Shown: one piece after another, positions 37,179 through 46,829 of the stretch
Layout: every line of letters begins with the position of its first letter
Position numbering within the stretch: the stretch's first letter is position 1
NCBI GenBank assembly: GCA_036834365.1
Contig: DAITOA010000013.1
Location: 141-64,140, forward strand
Source: Thermodesulfobacteriota bacterium
Lineage (GTDB): Bacteria > Desulfobacterota > Desulfomonilia > UBA1062
Length of the DNA stretch: 64,000 nucleotides
Direction of reading: 5' to 3'
Notes under the pieces: model-generated
What the model was told of the DNA's origin: nothing
Seen by the model: the letters and a program-made list of their open reading frames with translations, nothing else
The model's database searches: none
Position numbers and translations under genes: made by a program

Positions 37179-38087
37179 TCACTGCTGCACCACGGTGAAC
37201 TTCCTCGCCCTGAGCTCTTCCAGCAGGCCATCCCCGCCCACCAGATGTCCTGCCCCCACCACGACGAACACGTCCCCCTCCTGGGTGAGGAGGGTGCCGA
37301 TCCGTTCGGCCCAGGCCTTGTTCCGCTCGGCAAAGAGCTTCTTCTCGATGCTGGGGAAACCCTCCAGGCTCTTCTTGAGCAGGGTCTCCATGCGCCGAGC
37401 GTCACCCAGCTCCCAGGCCCGCACCATGTCGTCGGAGTACTTCTCCACCATGTCCAGTTCATCGAGGGCCTGTCTGAGGATATCCTCATCCCTGCCTGAA
37501 GAGGCCTCGGAGAGCATCTCCATCTGGCGGACCGCGGTCTCGAGATAGATCATCCGCTTCCCGTCCGAGAGGGCCTTCCGGTAGAAATGGGTGTCGACGC
37601 CGTCCTGAGCGGAGAAGCCGAGCCTCTTGAGCTCGAGGGTGGCTATGGAGAATGCCGCGAGCCAGGGTCTGAATCGTTCGAAGCGGTCCATGTCGATTTT
37701 GCCGGCCTCGACCCTCTTCCTGAGCCGCGCATACGTGGCCGGGGAGACCGCCTTTTTCAGGGTCATGTCGTCTGGATACGTGCCCAGCCTGAGCATGGTC
37801 TCCCGGAGCTCGTCCTGGTCGACCACTGAGGGGTCCGCTTCGAGGAGCACCTGCGGGCAGGACCGGTATGCCTTCTCGATCCTGGCGTCCAGCGGGTAGG
37901 CGACTCTTTTCAACGCGTGCAGGGAGCCCAGGATGTAGGCCCGGGACGCGGGCCCCTGGACGGACCACATGAACACGGGGTGCTCTCGCGCGCCCCCGGT
38001 CTGTGCGGGGAGGACGTCACCGGGCACGGCCAGAAGGACGACAATCACGGCCATGGCCGGTATCGCCGCATGGCGGAAAAAGGTCAT
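37179..38087 (-). CDS. TraB/GumN-family periplasmic protein (signal peptide)
   Basis: GGAGG RBS before MTFFRHAAIPAMAVIVVLLAV. Signature HALK...LEADP, TraB family-like. Confidence 0.65.
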   Translation of the reverse strand: MTFFRHAAIPAMAVIVVLLAVPGDVLPAQTGGAREHPVFMWSVQGPASRAYILGSLHALKRVAYPLDARIEKAYRSCPQVLLEADPSVVDQDELRETMLRLGTYPDDMTLKKAVSPATYARLRKRVEAGKIDMDRFERFRPWLAAFSIATLELKRLGFSAQDGVDTHFYRKALSDGKRMIYLETAVRQMEMLSEASSGRDEDILRQALDELDMVEKYSDDMVRAWELGDARRMETLLKKSLEGFPSIEKKLFAERNKAWAERIGTLLTQEGDVFVVVGAGHLVGGDGLLEELRARKFTVVQQ

Positions 38088-38122
38088 GGTGTCCACCTCC
38101 GATGAGTGGGGGATCGCGTCCG

Positions 38123-39067
38123 TCAGTCCTTCCCGTTGGGGCACATGACGATGTTGCCGGCGCTCTCGGACTGGAGCACGGTCGTCCCGGGCTCCACATC
38201 GTGGTCGAGCCAGACGTTGCCTCCGATGACGGACCCCCTGCCGATGCGGACCCGGCCGAGGATCGTAGTCCCGGAATAAATGATCACGTCATCTTCCACG
38301 ATGGGGTGGCGGGGGATGCCCTTGACCAGCCTGCCGGCATCGTCCTTGGGGAAGCTCTTGGCGCCGAGCGTCACGCCCTGGTAGAGCCTCACGTTGCGGC
38401 CGATCTCGCAGGTCTCTCCAATGACCGTCCCGGTGCCGTGGTCGATGAAGAAGCGTTCGCCGATGGCGGCCCCGGGATGGATGTCGATGCCCGTGGCCGA
38501 GTGGGCCATCTCGGTGATGATCCTGGGGATGATCTCGACGCCGAGCAGGTAAAGCTCGTGGGCGATACGGAAGTTGGTCATGGTCTTGATGCTGGGGTAG
38601 CAGAAGATGGTCTCGCTGGTGCTCTTGGCCGCCGGGTCGCCCTCGAAGGCCGCCATGACGTCGGTGGCGAGCAGCCTCCTGATCTTCGGGACGGTGGCGA
38701 TGAACTTACGGGACAGGAGCTTTGACCTGTCCTCGCACTCGATGCAGGAGGCCCGGTCGGTCTTCTCGCACGAGAAGCCGAAACCCCGCTTGATCTGCTC
38801 GGCCAGGAGGCGCTCCACCCGCTCCAGGTGGCTCCCCACGATGTAGGGCATGGTGGCGGGCGCCATCTCGGAGTCGCTGAAGTAGGCCGGGAAAAGCACC
38901 ATGCGCAGGCGCTCCACGATCTCGGTGAGCACCTCCAGCGAGGGCATGACCCCCTCCAGGGTGGGGCGGTGGTACACCACCTCGTACGAATCAGGCCTGC
39001 AGAGCTCCTCCACCACGGCCTGTATGATCTTTTCCTCGGGTACCTCGACCTGTGCCTGCTGTTCCAT
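38123..39067 (-). CDS. cysE: Serine O-acetyltransferase
   Basis: SATase_N helical domain then left-handed beta-helix hexapeptide repeats (DIHPGAAIGERFFIDHGTGTVIGETCEIG). Confidence 0.85.
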   Translation of the reverse strand: MEQQAQVEVPEEKIIQAVVEELCRPDSYEVVYHRPTLEGVMPSLEVLTEIVERLRMVLFPAYFSDSEMAPATMPYIVGSHLERVERLLAEQIKRGFGFSCEKTDRASCIECEDRSKLLSRKFIATVPKIRRLLATDVMAAFEGDPAAKSTSETIFCYPSIKTMTNFRIAHELYLLGVEIIPRIITEMAHSATGIDIHPGAAIGERFFIDHGTGTVIGETCEIGRNVRLYQGVTLGAKSFPKDDAGRLVKGIPRHPIVEDDVIIYSGTTILGRVRIGRGSVIGGNVWLDHDVEPGTTVLQSESAGNIVMCPNGKD

Positions 39068-39154
39068 GGAGACGCCTCTCTTTTCGGTTACTCAATGATG
39101 ACTGCCCTTTACGATAGGGGATGATTCCGGCCTGCTCATCACTCACATCCCGCA

Positions 39155-40084
39155 TCAGACCTGCTCAGGGAAGAGCTCCGTGCTCAGGTAGCGCTCACCC
39201 GTGTCGCACACGATGAAAACCACGAGCTTCCCGGTGTTCTCGGGCCTCTTCGCCACCTCCACGGCGGCGTGGGCGATGGCCCCCGAAGAGATGCCGCACA
39301 GGATCCCTTCCTTGCGGATGAGCCTGCCCGCCATGGTGACGGCCTGGTCGTTGGTGACCGGGAAGACCTCGTCCACGAGGTCGCGCCGGAACACCTCGGG
39401 TACGAACCCGGCCCCGATGCCCTGGATCTTGTGGGACCCCGGTTTGCCTCCCGAGAGCACCGGCGAGTCCGCCGGCTCCACGGCCACCACCTTCACCGAC
39501 GGCCTGCGCTGTTTGATCACCGCGCTCACGCCCGTGATGGTCCCGCCCGTCCCCACCCCGGCGACGAAGACGTCAACCTGGCCGTCCGTGTCCCTCCAGA
39601 TCTCCTCGGCGGTGGTACGTTCGTGGACCAGCGGATTCGCCGGGTTGGCGAACTGCATGGGCATGAAGGAATTCCTGTTCTCGTCAACGATCTCCCGGGC
39701 CTTCTCGATGGCGCCGCGCATCCCCAGGGCTGCGGGGGTAAGCACCACCCGGGCGCCGAGACCCTTCAGAAGCTTCCTCCGTTCTATGCTCATGCTCTCG
39801 GGCATGGTAAGGACGACCTTGTATCCCTTCACCGCACAGACGAACGCGAGCCCGATCCCCGTGTTGCCGCTCGTGGGCTCCACGATGAGGGTGTCCTTGT
39901 CGATAAGCCCCGCCTTCTCCGCCGCCTCGATCATGCTCATGCCGATGCGGTCCTTCACCGAGGAGCACGGGTTGTAGAACTCCAGCTTCCCTGCGACCCT
40001 GGCCACACATCCCTCGGTCACCCTGTTGAGCATCACGAGCGGGGTGTTGCCCACCAGCGCAATCATGTCGGCTGCAATGTTCAT
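39155..40084 (-). CDS. cysK: Cysteine synthase A (O-acetylserine sulfhydrylase)
   Basis: PLP lysine motif SVKDRIG and glycine-rich GTGGT loop. 309 aa. Confidence 0.9.
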   Translation of the reverse strand: MNIAADMIALVGNTPLVMLNRVTEGCVARVAGKLEFYNPCSSVKDRIGMSMIEAAEKAGLIDKDTLIVEPTSGNTGIGLAFVCAVKGYKVVLTMPESMSIERRKLLKGLGARVVLTPAALGMRGAIEKAREIVDENRNSFMPMQFANPANPLVHERTTAEEIWRDTDGQVDVFVAGVGTGGTITGVSAVIKQRRPSVKVVAVEPADSPVLSGGKPGSHKIQGIGAGFVPEVFRRDLVDEVFPVTNDQAVTMAGRLIRKEGILCGISSGAIAHAAVEVAKRPENTGKLVVFIVCDTGERYLSTELFPEQV

Positions 40085-40168
40085 AAGACCGGTCCTCCCT
40101 CCATTGTACTGTCAACCCTTGCGGGGGAGATCCCCGCCTGGTTCGAGGCATCGCGGATCCGGCGTCCC

Positions 40169-40804
40169 TTACGTACCGGCGGGTGCGGTCGTCTCGGTAT
40201 TGCAGAAGTGCTTGTTCTTGTAGAATTCCAGAAGCCGCTCCACCTCGTCCTTGCACTCGCCGCAGACCGTCCCCACCTTTGTCTTCTCCTGGAGCTCGTA
40301 GTAGGTCCGGGCGCCCTCCAGCACGGCGTCCTCGATCTCGTGGTCGGTCACGTTCATGCAGTTGCACACGACCCGCGCCTCTTCCCTGACCACCTTGTCA
40401 TGGAGGCCGTTGCGTTCGTAGTAGTCGTTGATGGCCGCTCGCAGGGCCTTGTCACCGAGCACGCTGCAGTGGATCTTGTGCTCGGGCAGGCCGCCCAACT
40501 CCTTGTTGATGTCCTTGGGCGAGAGCCTGAACGCCTCTTCGATCTTCATGCCCTTGACCATCTCGGACATGATCGACGTGCTCGCGATGGCGCTGGCGCA
40601 CCCGAAGGTCTTCCACTTGCAGTCGGTGATGACGCCCTTGTCCCTGTCCACCTTGATGGCCACGATCATCTGGTCGCCGCACTTGATGTTGCCGGTCAAC
40701 CCGCGGCCGTCGGCCTGGAATGCCTCCTCGTCGGTGAGGATATTCTTGGGGTGCATGAAGTGTTCGAGCACCTTGTCCGTGTATACCCAGTTCAGCTTTT
40801 CCAT
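40169..40804 (-). CDS. nifU: NifU-type Fe-S scaffold: IscU-like N-domain + BFD-like [2Fe-2S] domain
   Basis: AAGGAG RBS. IscU-like cysteines (GCGD, GCASAIAS, HCSVLG) then the CNCMNVTDHEIE...VCGEC BFD-like module. Start overlaps the nifS stop. Confidence 0.8.
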   Translation of the reverse strand: MEKLNWVYTDKVLEHFMHPKNILTDEEAFQADGRGLTGNIKCGDQMIVAIKVDRDKGVITDCKWKTFGCASAIASTSIMSEMVKGMKIEEAFRLSPKDINKELGGLPEHKIHCSVLGDKALRAAINDYYERNGLHDKVVREEARVVCNCMNVTDHEIEDAVLEGARTYYELQEKTKVGTVCGECKDEVERLLEFYKNKHFCNTETTAPAGT

Positions 40805-41991
40805 CACTGTCTCCTTGCGTATGCGCTCGACATCTCCCTGATGCGGGCAATGACGTCGGGCAGCACCGTGAGCATCACATCCACGTCGTCGAAGGTGTTC
40901 TCGCGGCCCATGCTTATGCGGATGGAGCCGTGGGCGCACTCGGCGGGAAGGCCGGTGGCCAGGATCACGTGCGACGGGTCGAGTGATCCCGATGCACAGG
41001 CCGAGCCAGTGGACACCGCGATGCCCGCCAGGTCGAGGTAGAGAAGGATGGCTTCGCCCTCGGCCCCATCGAAGGACACATTCAGGGTCCCGGGCAGGGT
41101 GTCTACGGGGTGACCAATGAAATGTATGTCCGGGATCTTCTCGGCGATCCCTTTACGCAGGGCCTCCTTCATCCTCTTCAGGCGCTTCTCCTCCTCGTCC
41201 ATCTCATGTCCGCGCATCTCTATGGCCTTACCCAGGGCGACGATGCCGATGGTGTTCTCGGTCCCGGCCCGCCTGCCCCTCTCCTGGTGCCCACCCCTGA
41301 TGAGGGGGCAGAAGGGCGAGCCCTTTCTCACGTACACGGCCCCGACCCCCTTGGGACCGTATATCTTGTGCCCGGACAGGGTGAGAAAGTCCACGCCGAG
41401 GTCGTTCACATTCACCGGGACCTTTCCCACGGCCTGGACCGCATCGGTGTGGAGCAGCGTGCCCTTTTCGTGGCAGATCCGGGAGATCGCCCCGATGTCC
41501 TGGATGGTGCCGATCTCGTTGTTGGCCATCATCACGGAGACCAGTCCGGTCATGGGGGTGATGGACTGCTCCAGCTGACCCAGATCCACCTTGCCGTCAC
41601 TGTCCACGTCGAGGTAGGTGACCTTGACGCCCTTCTCCATGAGGCACCGGGATGTCTCCAGGATGCAGGGGTGTTCGATCTTCGTGGTAATGAGCTCCTT
41701 GCCCGTGCACTCGTCGAAATCGCAGCCCCGACACTGGCAGGTGAGGATGGAGAGCACGGTGTTGTTGCCCTCTGACCCGCTCCCCACGAACATGATCTCG
41801 TCGGGCTTGGCACCGATGAAGCCCGCGACCATCTGCCGAGCTTCCTCCACATAGGTCCGCGCGTGCCTTCCGAAGCCGTGGAGGCTCGAGGGGTTCCCAA
41901 AGACGTCCAGGACTTCGGTGATCGCCTTCTTCACCTCGGGATGGAGCGGGGTGGTGGCGTTGTTGTCGAAGTAGATCATGCGCTTCTCCAT
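40804..41991 (-). CDS. nifS: Cysteine desulfurase (NifS/IscS class I)
   Basis: Aminotransferase class V fold with the PLP-lysine region SGHKIYGPKG and catalytic loop SSGSACAS. Confidence 0.9.
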   Translation of the reverse strand: MEKRMIYFDNNATTPLHPEVKKAITEVLDVFGNPSSLHGFGRHARTYVEEARQMVAGFIGAKPDEIMFVGSGSEGNNTVLSILTCQCRGCDFDECTGKELITTKIEHPCILETSRCLMEKGVKVTYLDVDSDGKVDLGQLEQSITPMTGLVSVMMANNEIGTIQDIGAISRICHEKGTLLHTDAVQAVGKVPVNVNDLGVDFLTLSGHKIYGPKGVGAVYVRKGSPFCPLIRGGHQERGRRAGTENTIGIVALGKAIEMRGHEMDEEEKRLKRMKEALRKGIAEKIPDIHFIGHPVDTLPGTLNVSFDGAEGEAILLYLDLAGIAVSTGSACASGSLDPSHVILATGLPAECAHGSIRISMGRENTFDDVDVMLTVLPDVIARIREMSSAYARRQ

Positions 41992-42060
41992 GTGAGCCTC
42001 CGTGATCGTATCAGTACTGTAGGGTTATCTTTTGTTCTTTTCCAGGCTGCATGTCAATAC

Positions 42061-42101
42061 GAAGGGCCTCATGCGGTTGGGAGAATCGCATGAGGCCCTT
42101 C
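42061..42101. terminator. Perfect 15-bp stem hairpin (gaagggcctcatgcg / cgcatgaggcccttc, 11-nt loop) downstream of the Fn3 lipoprotein gene and upstream of nifS; a TTGACA hexamer lies just beyond it
   Basis: Read directly. It may act as a terminator and/or part of nifS 5' regulation. Confidence 0.45.
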
Positions 42102-42140
42102 TCGATGAAGAGGATAGGAGACGAAGGATAGGTGCTGCTC

Positions 42141-43572
42141 TTACTGACCGTCCCAGCCGGCAAGCCTGGCCCAGAGCCACCAGGCCGCGTAGGCCTTCAT
42201 GTTGGCGTTGAGCGGCTCGGAGTGGGCCGAGGAGCATTCGTACCAGTCGTCACCCTCGACGTGGGAGTCCTGCCACTCCTGGGCCCAGTTGGCATCGGGA
42301 TCGGTGTCACTGTAATAGTTGCATGCATCGTCCGCGTAGTGCGAGAGGAACTCGTTCCCGTCCGGGTCGTAGCTCTCGATGTCCGCGAAGTCATAGAGGA
42401 CCCTGCCGCCCTCCCGGCAATACTCCCTGATCTGCTCGTTGCGCTGGTGCAGGTTGCCCTCGATCCCGGTCCCGTTCAGGTGGCCGGTCATGTACACGAA
42501 ACGCACGTCCGGGTAGTCCGTCTCAAGGCCGTCCATGAGGGACAGGTAGGTCTCGATGTTCTCCTCGGTGGTGTCCGCCTGGCCGCACCAGGACCAGATG
42601 ATCACGTTCACCTCCGGGTTGGCGTCCAGGTAGGTCCGGGTGGCCTCTGCCCATGCCTCGCGGTCCGGGTTGCCGAGGTCAGAGGCGCCCGAGAAGGGCG
42701 AGTCCCTCAGGTCCAGGGCCCCGCCGGTGCCGCCGCCGGCGTAGGCATAGAGGTCGCCCTTCCAGTCGGCGAGCCCGGTCATGCCCGTGGTGAGCTGGCT
42801 GCCGTGGGAGGTGTGGCCGTAGGCGATGTGGAGGTCCTCCTTGGCCTGGGTGATCCATGCCTCAGGAATGGCCTCCAGGTCGATGCAGGTGTGGTCGATG
42901 ATCAGGGCATCGCTTTCGGTCTGCGACGAGGCCTCGGTCGTGGCGCTCACCTCGTCGGAGTTCGCGATGTCGCCGTCACCCACGAACGCGTACACGCGAT
43001 AGGTATAGCTTGTCCCGGCATCGAGGCCCGTGTCCGGGTACGAGTCCTCGCCCGCTTCGAGCTCGGCCACCTCGGCGAAGTCGGTGCTTGAGGTCTTCCG
43101 CTCCACGCGGAAACCCTCCTCTCCGCCGGCCGTGTAGTCCCAGCTGAGGTCGATCCCGCCCGATGACACCACCTGCGCCGTCAGGACGATGGCCTCCAGG
43201 GTGGAAACCTCCACCTCTGTCGAGCAGACAATGTCCCCGGACGCACCCACAGCCCAGACCCGGTAGGCGTACCCGGTGCCAGCAGTGAGGCCGGTGTCCG
43301 TGTACGACAGGACCGATGCGCCCACCGTGGCGACCTCTTCATAGTCGCCGCCGGATTCGGACCGCTCGATGCGGTACCCGGTGACGTTATCTGAAGTGCC
43401 CTCCCACTCGAGGGTCACCTCGGAGGACAAGGCGGACAGGGCCTGCAGGGTGACGGAGGATTTGTCGGAAGAGCCGTCGGAGCTGTTGCAGGCGGTGATG
43501 AAGATGGCGATAGCGACCAGGAGTACCGGGATGAGGAAAGCCCTGATATGTGCGGTACGGGATGATTGCATC
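42141..43572 (-). CDS. Lipoprotein with two fibronectin type III repeats and an uncharacterised Trp/Asp-rich C-terminal domain
   Basis: Signal peptide plus lipobox (AIFITAC). Two ~90-aa Fn3-like repeats (TLEWEG...GYRIERS...YAYRV ; LSWDY...GFRVERK...YTYRV). The ~280-aa C-terminus (HIAYGHTSHGSQ, VIIWSWCGQ, MTGHLNG) has no domain I can assign. Confidence 0.6.
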
Positions 43573-43909
43573 TCTTCTACCTCCTGTTTCAGGGAACTCG
43601 CGGGGTGTGCTTGGCATGCGGCCCTGAGGGTAATGAACAATATGTTACGTTAGACCTATCGGCCGGGGGAAGGCAAGAGTAAGGATTACATTTTTGATTT
43701 TGAGGGGATAGCGGTATGGTAATCGTGGGCGGGTGACCTCGAACCCTCATACAGGGGATGGGTCCCTGGATGTTTCATCCGGTAATCTCTCCGTATCTGA
43801 TCTTCAAGAGAGCTTGAGTCACCGGAGTCGTCTTCCATGCGTTCCGTTAAGAGGTTACGATCGATTCATCGTTGCAATTTACGGCAATCAGTTTTACAAT
43901 GATATTATA

Positions 43910-44734
43910 ATGTTATATAATGCATATCAATTTGTTATCCTCCTCATTATAGAAACATTTTTCTTAACCGTGCCCGGCCTGGCATTCGATGATAACGCAG
44001 CGCAACCTCGGTCCCACGATATCGTGAAAACAACGGGCACCATATTGCCGAGAGCGGAACGACCCGGTCTTGCCGTATTGAGGTTCACAAACACCACGCC
44101 CAAGGAACGGGCGATTAATTTCCAGCCCTGGGAATACGGTATTGCCGCCCTGCTCATTACCGACCTGGAAGAAACCGCCATGTTCAACATCGTAGACCGG
44201 GAGAGGATCAATGACATCCTTAAGGAGATCAGGTTACAGAAATCCGGTCTTGTAGATCCGAACTCCGCTGTGGCCATCGGGAAATTGGTCGCTGCAAAAT
44301 ATATTCTCACAGGGACCTTCATGGAGATGAAAGGTCAACTGAAAATTTCCGGACAGGTATATTCCGTGGAGAAAGGCATCCAGCTGGGAGCAACTTCAGT
44401 CACCGGGAAAACAGAGAATTTTTTCCTTTTGGAGAAGGACCTCTTCACAAAAGTCACCCACATCATGGGGGTCGTGCTGGATGACGAAAAACAAAACAAG
44501 ATACTGAACACCTTTGAGACGAAATCCGTATACGCATCACTGAAAAACTATGCCGGGGAAATTGCGTTGATGATGGCAGCCGAATTGAAGAAGGTGGGAA
44601 AGGCGGAGGAGTCGGACCGCCTTGAAAAGGATGCCAAACTGAAGTTCGAAGAGGCCTTGGAATACGATCCGGACTATGAACGGGCAAAGAGAAATCTCGT
44701 CAAGCTCGTGATGGCCATCCCCATGACGTTATGA
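43910..44734 (+). CDS. Periplasmic CsgG-family (CsgG/LpoB-like alpha/beta domain) protein
   Basis: Signal peptide without a lipobox. Core AVLRF.N.T...GIAALLITDLEE...FNIVDRERINDILKEIRLQKSGLVD...AIGKLVAAKYILTGT resembles Pfam CsgG-like domain proteins. Lower GC. Confidence 0.5.
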   Translation: MLYNAYQFVILLIIETFFLTVPGLAFDDNAAQPRSHDIVKTTGTILPRAERPGLAVLRFTNTTPKERAINFQPWEYGIAALLITDLEETAMFNIVDRERINDILKEIRLQKSGLVDPNSAVAIGKLVAAKYILTGTFMEMKGQLKISGQVYSVEKGIQLGATSVTGKTENFFLLEKDLFTKVTHIMGVVLDDEKQNKILNTFETKSVYASLKNYAGEIALMMAAELKKVGKAEESDRLEKDAKLKFEEALEYDPDYERAKRNLVKLVMAIPMTL

Positions 44735-44796
44735 TGCAGCACGAGAGCTGAAGCACTGATGGATGAGATGCAATAAGCACGACCAGGAGTTATGAA

Positions 44797-45633
44797 ATGA
44801 AAAAAACATACGGCATTATGTTTTTCCTTGTTATCTCCATGATTTTCCCCCTCGAGAAGGCGGAATCGGGAACGTTCTTCGTAGGGACAAAGTTCTGGTA
44901 TGCCAGCTGGGACTCAGGGATCCTGGACTGGATGGGCAAGGAAATTTCCGCCCAGATGAATGCGAACGGCTGGGATGTCACGTCCGATGCGGAAAACGGG
45001 TCCGGTTACCTGGCCGGGCCTCTCCTCGGGTATCAGAGCACGGATGGACTGTGGTCCGTGAGCCTTGCCCCCATGGTGCTCAGCGACTTCTCGCAGGAGT
45101 TGGATCTTATGGTCGACCAGATAGGATTCACCTTTGATACCAAGGTGGATGTAACTCGCTACGATTATGATCTGGCCTTTGCCTATTCCCTCTCTCCCTT
45201 GAGAAGATGGAGCCCTTTCTTCGAATACTGCAGGGTATTCGCGGGATACAAGTATCAGGTCGTCAACATGGACATCATCGTCCGATCGAGTGGAGGCATC
45301 CCGACGGATGCACAGAAGACAGAGAACGACTACACGGTCAATATGCCGACAATCGGTCTTGGTGTGACCTATCCCGTGACTCATAAGATTGCCCTGGGGC
45401 TGCAGGGGGGATTAGGACTTGCCTTCTTCGACACCCCTGCGGATACGGACAGCTCAACCACCCTGAATGCCGAAGCAAGCCTGAGCCTTGTGCCGATGGA
45501 TAAGATGATAATCCAGCTGGGGTACAGGTATCAGGAATGGAAATATAACCCTTCAGATCCTGAATATCCTGTGGATTCTTCATCCAAGGATGTCACCGCC
45601 GGACCGATACTGACAGCTGTCTATACCTTTTAG
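44797..45633 (+). CDS. Outer-membrane beta-barrel protein (OMP_b-brl-like, ~12 strands) ending in aromatic residue
   Basis: AGGAG RBS and signal peptide. Alternating hydrophobic/aromatic beta-strand pattern, Gly/Tyr-rich, with C-terminal ...AVYTF as an OMP targeting signature. Confidence 0.55.
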   Translation: MKKTYGIMFFLVISMIFPLEKAESGTFFVGTKFWYASWDSGILDWMGKEISAQMNANGWDVTSDAENGSGYLAGPLLGYQSTDGLWSVSLAPMVLSDFSQELDLMVDQIGFTFDTKVDVTRYDYDLAFAYSLSPLRRWSPFFEYCRVFAGYKYQVVNMDIIVRSSGGIPTDAQKTENDYTVNMPTIGLGVTYPVTHKIALGLQGGLGLAFFDTPADTDSSTTLNAEASLSLVPMDKMIIQLGYRYQEWKYNPSDPEYPVDSSSKDVTAGPILTAVYTF

Positions 45634-45703
45634 GACCCCCGGTACGCGTTTTCATTGTCATCACGGTAAACAGCGTTTATACTCCGATATGAAAGGATCT
45701 CCC

Positions 45704-46816
45704 ATGAACGGCATCCTTGAAACACTGTCAGGGATGAAGACCGGCGGCAGACGACTCATCGGCTGCTTCCCCCTCTACCCGCCCCTCGAGCTCCTCCACT
45801 CCTTCGGGCTCACCCCCATCACCCTCTGGGGCATGAGGGATGCCGTCAGGGACTACGGCACCGGCGACCGCCACGTCCAGAACTATGCATGCCAGGTGGC
45901 CAGGGCGCTCACCGGGTTCGTCATAGACAACGGCCCGAGCCTCTTCGACGCCCTGTTCATGTACAACGCCTGCGACACGTTGCGGAACCTGCCCGAGATC
46001 GTCCATGCCGGCATCAGGGAGACCGGGGCCGACCTCCCCATTTTCCGCCTCCACGTGCCCGCGCTGAGCCCGGACCGCACCGGGGCGAAGGACTACCTGA
46101 GAGACCGTCTCCGCCTCCTCATGGCGGACCTTGAGCGCTTCACGGGCAGGCCTTTTTCTGCAAAGGCGTTTGCCGAGAGCGCAGCGCTTTACGCCAAACA
46201 ACGCTCGTTCTGCCGGGAGATCGAGGCGCTGTGCACCGGGGGCAAGATGCCCTTCGCAGCGGCCGCACCCCTCCTGGAACGCGCCCACTTCATGGACGTC
46301 CGGGAGCACATCGCCCTGCTGGAGGAGGCGGTCACACACCACGCCGGCCTGCCCGAAAACGGCTCGGGCGTGCGGGTCTTGGTGAGCGGCATCCAGGCCC
46401 CGCCCGTTGACCTGCTCAGGGTAATGGACGCCTCCGGGCTCACGGTGGCGGCCAACGACATCGCCACCATGGCTCGATCGTACGGAACCAGCCCCACGGG
46501 CAGCGACCCCCTGGACTACTACGCCGCATTCTACTTCGACCACCACCCCTGCACCACCATCCTGCCTGCAGGGGACAGAAGGATCAAGCTCCTCGGGCAA
46601 CGCGTGCAGGAAGACGGCATCCGGGGTGTCGTCTTCTTCGGCGAGAAGTTCTGCGAGTACGAATACTTCGAGATCCCCTACCTCCAGGAGACACTCAACA
46701 CCCGGGGCGTGGCCACCCTCTTCCTGGAGCTCGGCGCCGACGACCTGGCGAACCTCATGCCGCTGAGGACCCGCATCGAGGCCTTTGCCGAGATCGTCAG
46801 GGGCGACAGTGTCTGA
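45704..46816 (+). CDS. 2-hydroxyacyl-CoA dehydratase / benzoyl-CoA-reductase B/C-family subunit (HgdB/BcrB-like)
   Basis: HGD-D family pattern with conserved Cys (NACDTLRNL, EKFCEYEY). 370 aa. Confidence 0.65.
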   Translation: MNGILETLSGMKTGGRRLIGCFPLYPPLELLHSFGLTPITLWGMRDAVRDYGTGDRHVQNYACQVARALTGFVIDNGPSLFDALFMYNACDTLRNLPEIVHAGIRETGADLPIFRLHVPALSPDRTGAKDYLRDRLRLLMADLERFTGRPFSAKAFAESAALYAKQRSFCREIEALCTGGKMPFAAAAPLLERAHFMDVREHIALLEEAVTHHAGLPENGSGVRVLVSGIQAPPVDLLRVMDASGLTVAANDIATMARSYGTSPTGSDPLDYYAAFYFDHHPCTTILPAGDRRIKLLGQRVQEDGIRGVVFFGEKFCEYEYFEIPYLQETLNTRGVATLFLELGADDLANLMPLRTRIEAFAEIVRGDSV

Positions 46817-46829
46817 CCGGGAGGACGGC

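Noticed and set aside
39269-41041. 590-aa plus-strand ORF
   Set aside because: Antisense to cysK / nifU / nifS, all of which carry diagnostic motifs.
42132-43091. 319-aa plus-strand ORF
   Set aside because: Antisense to the Fn3 lipoprotein gene.
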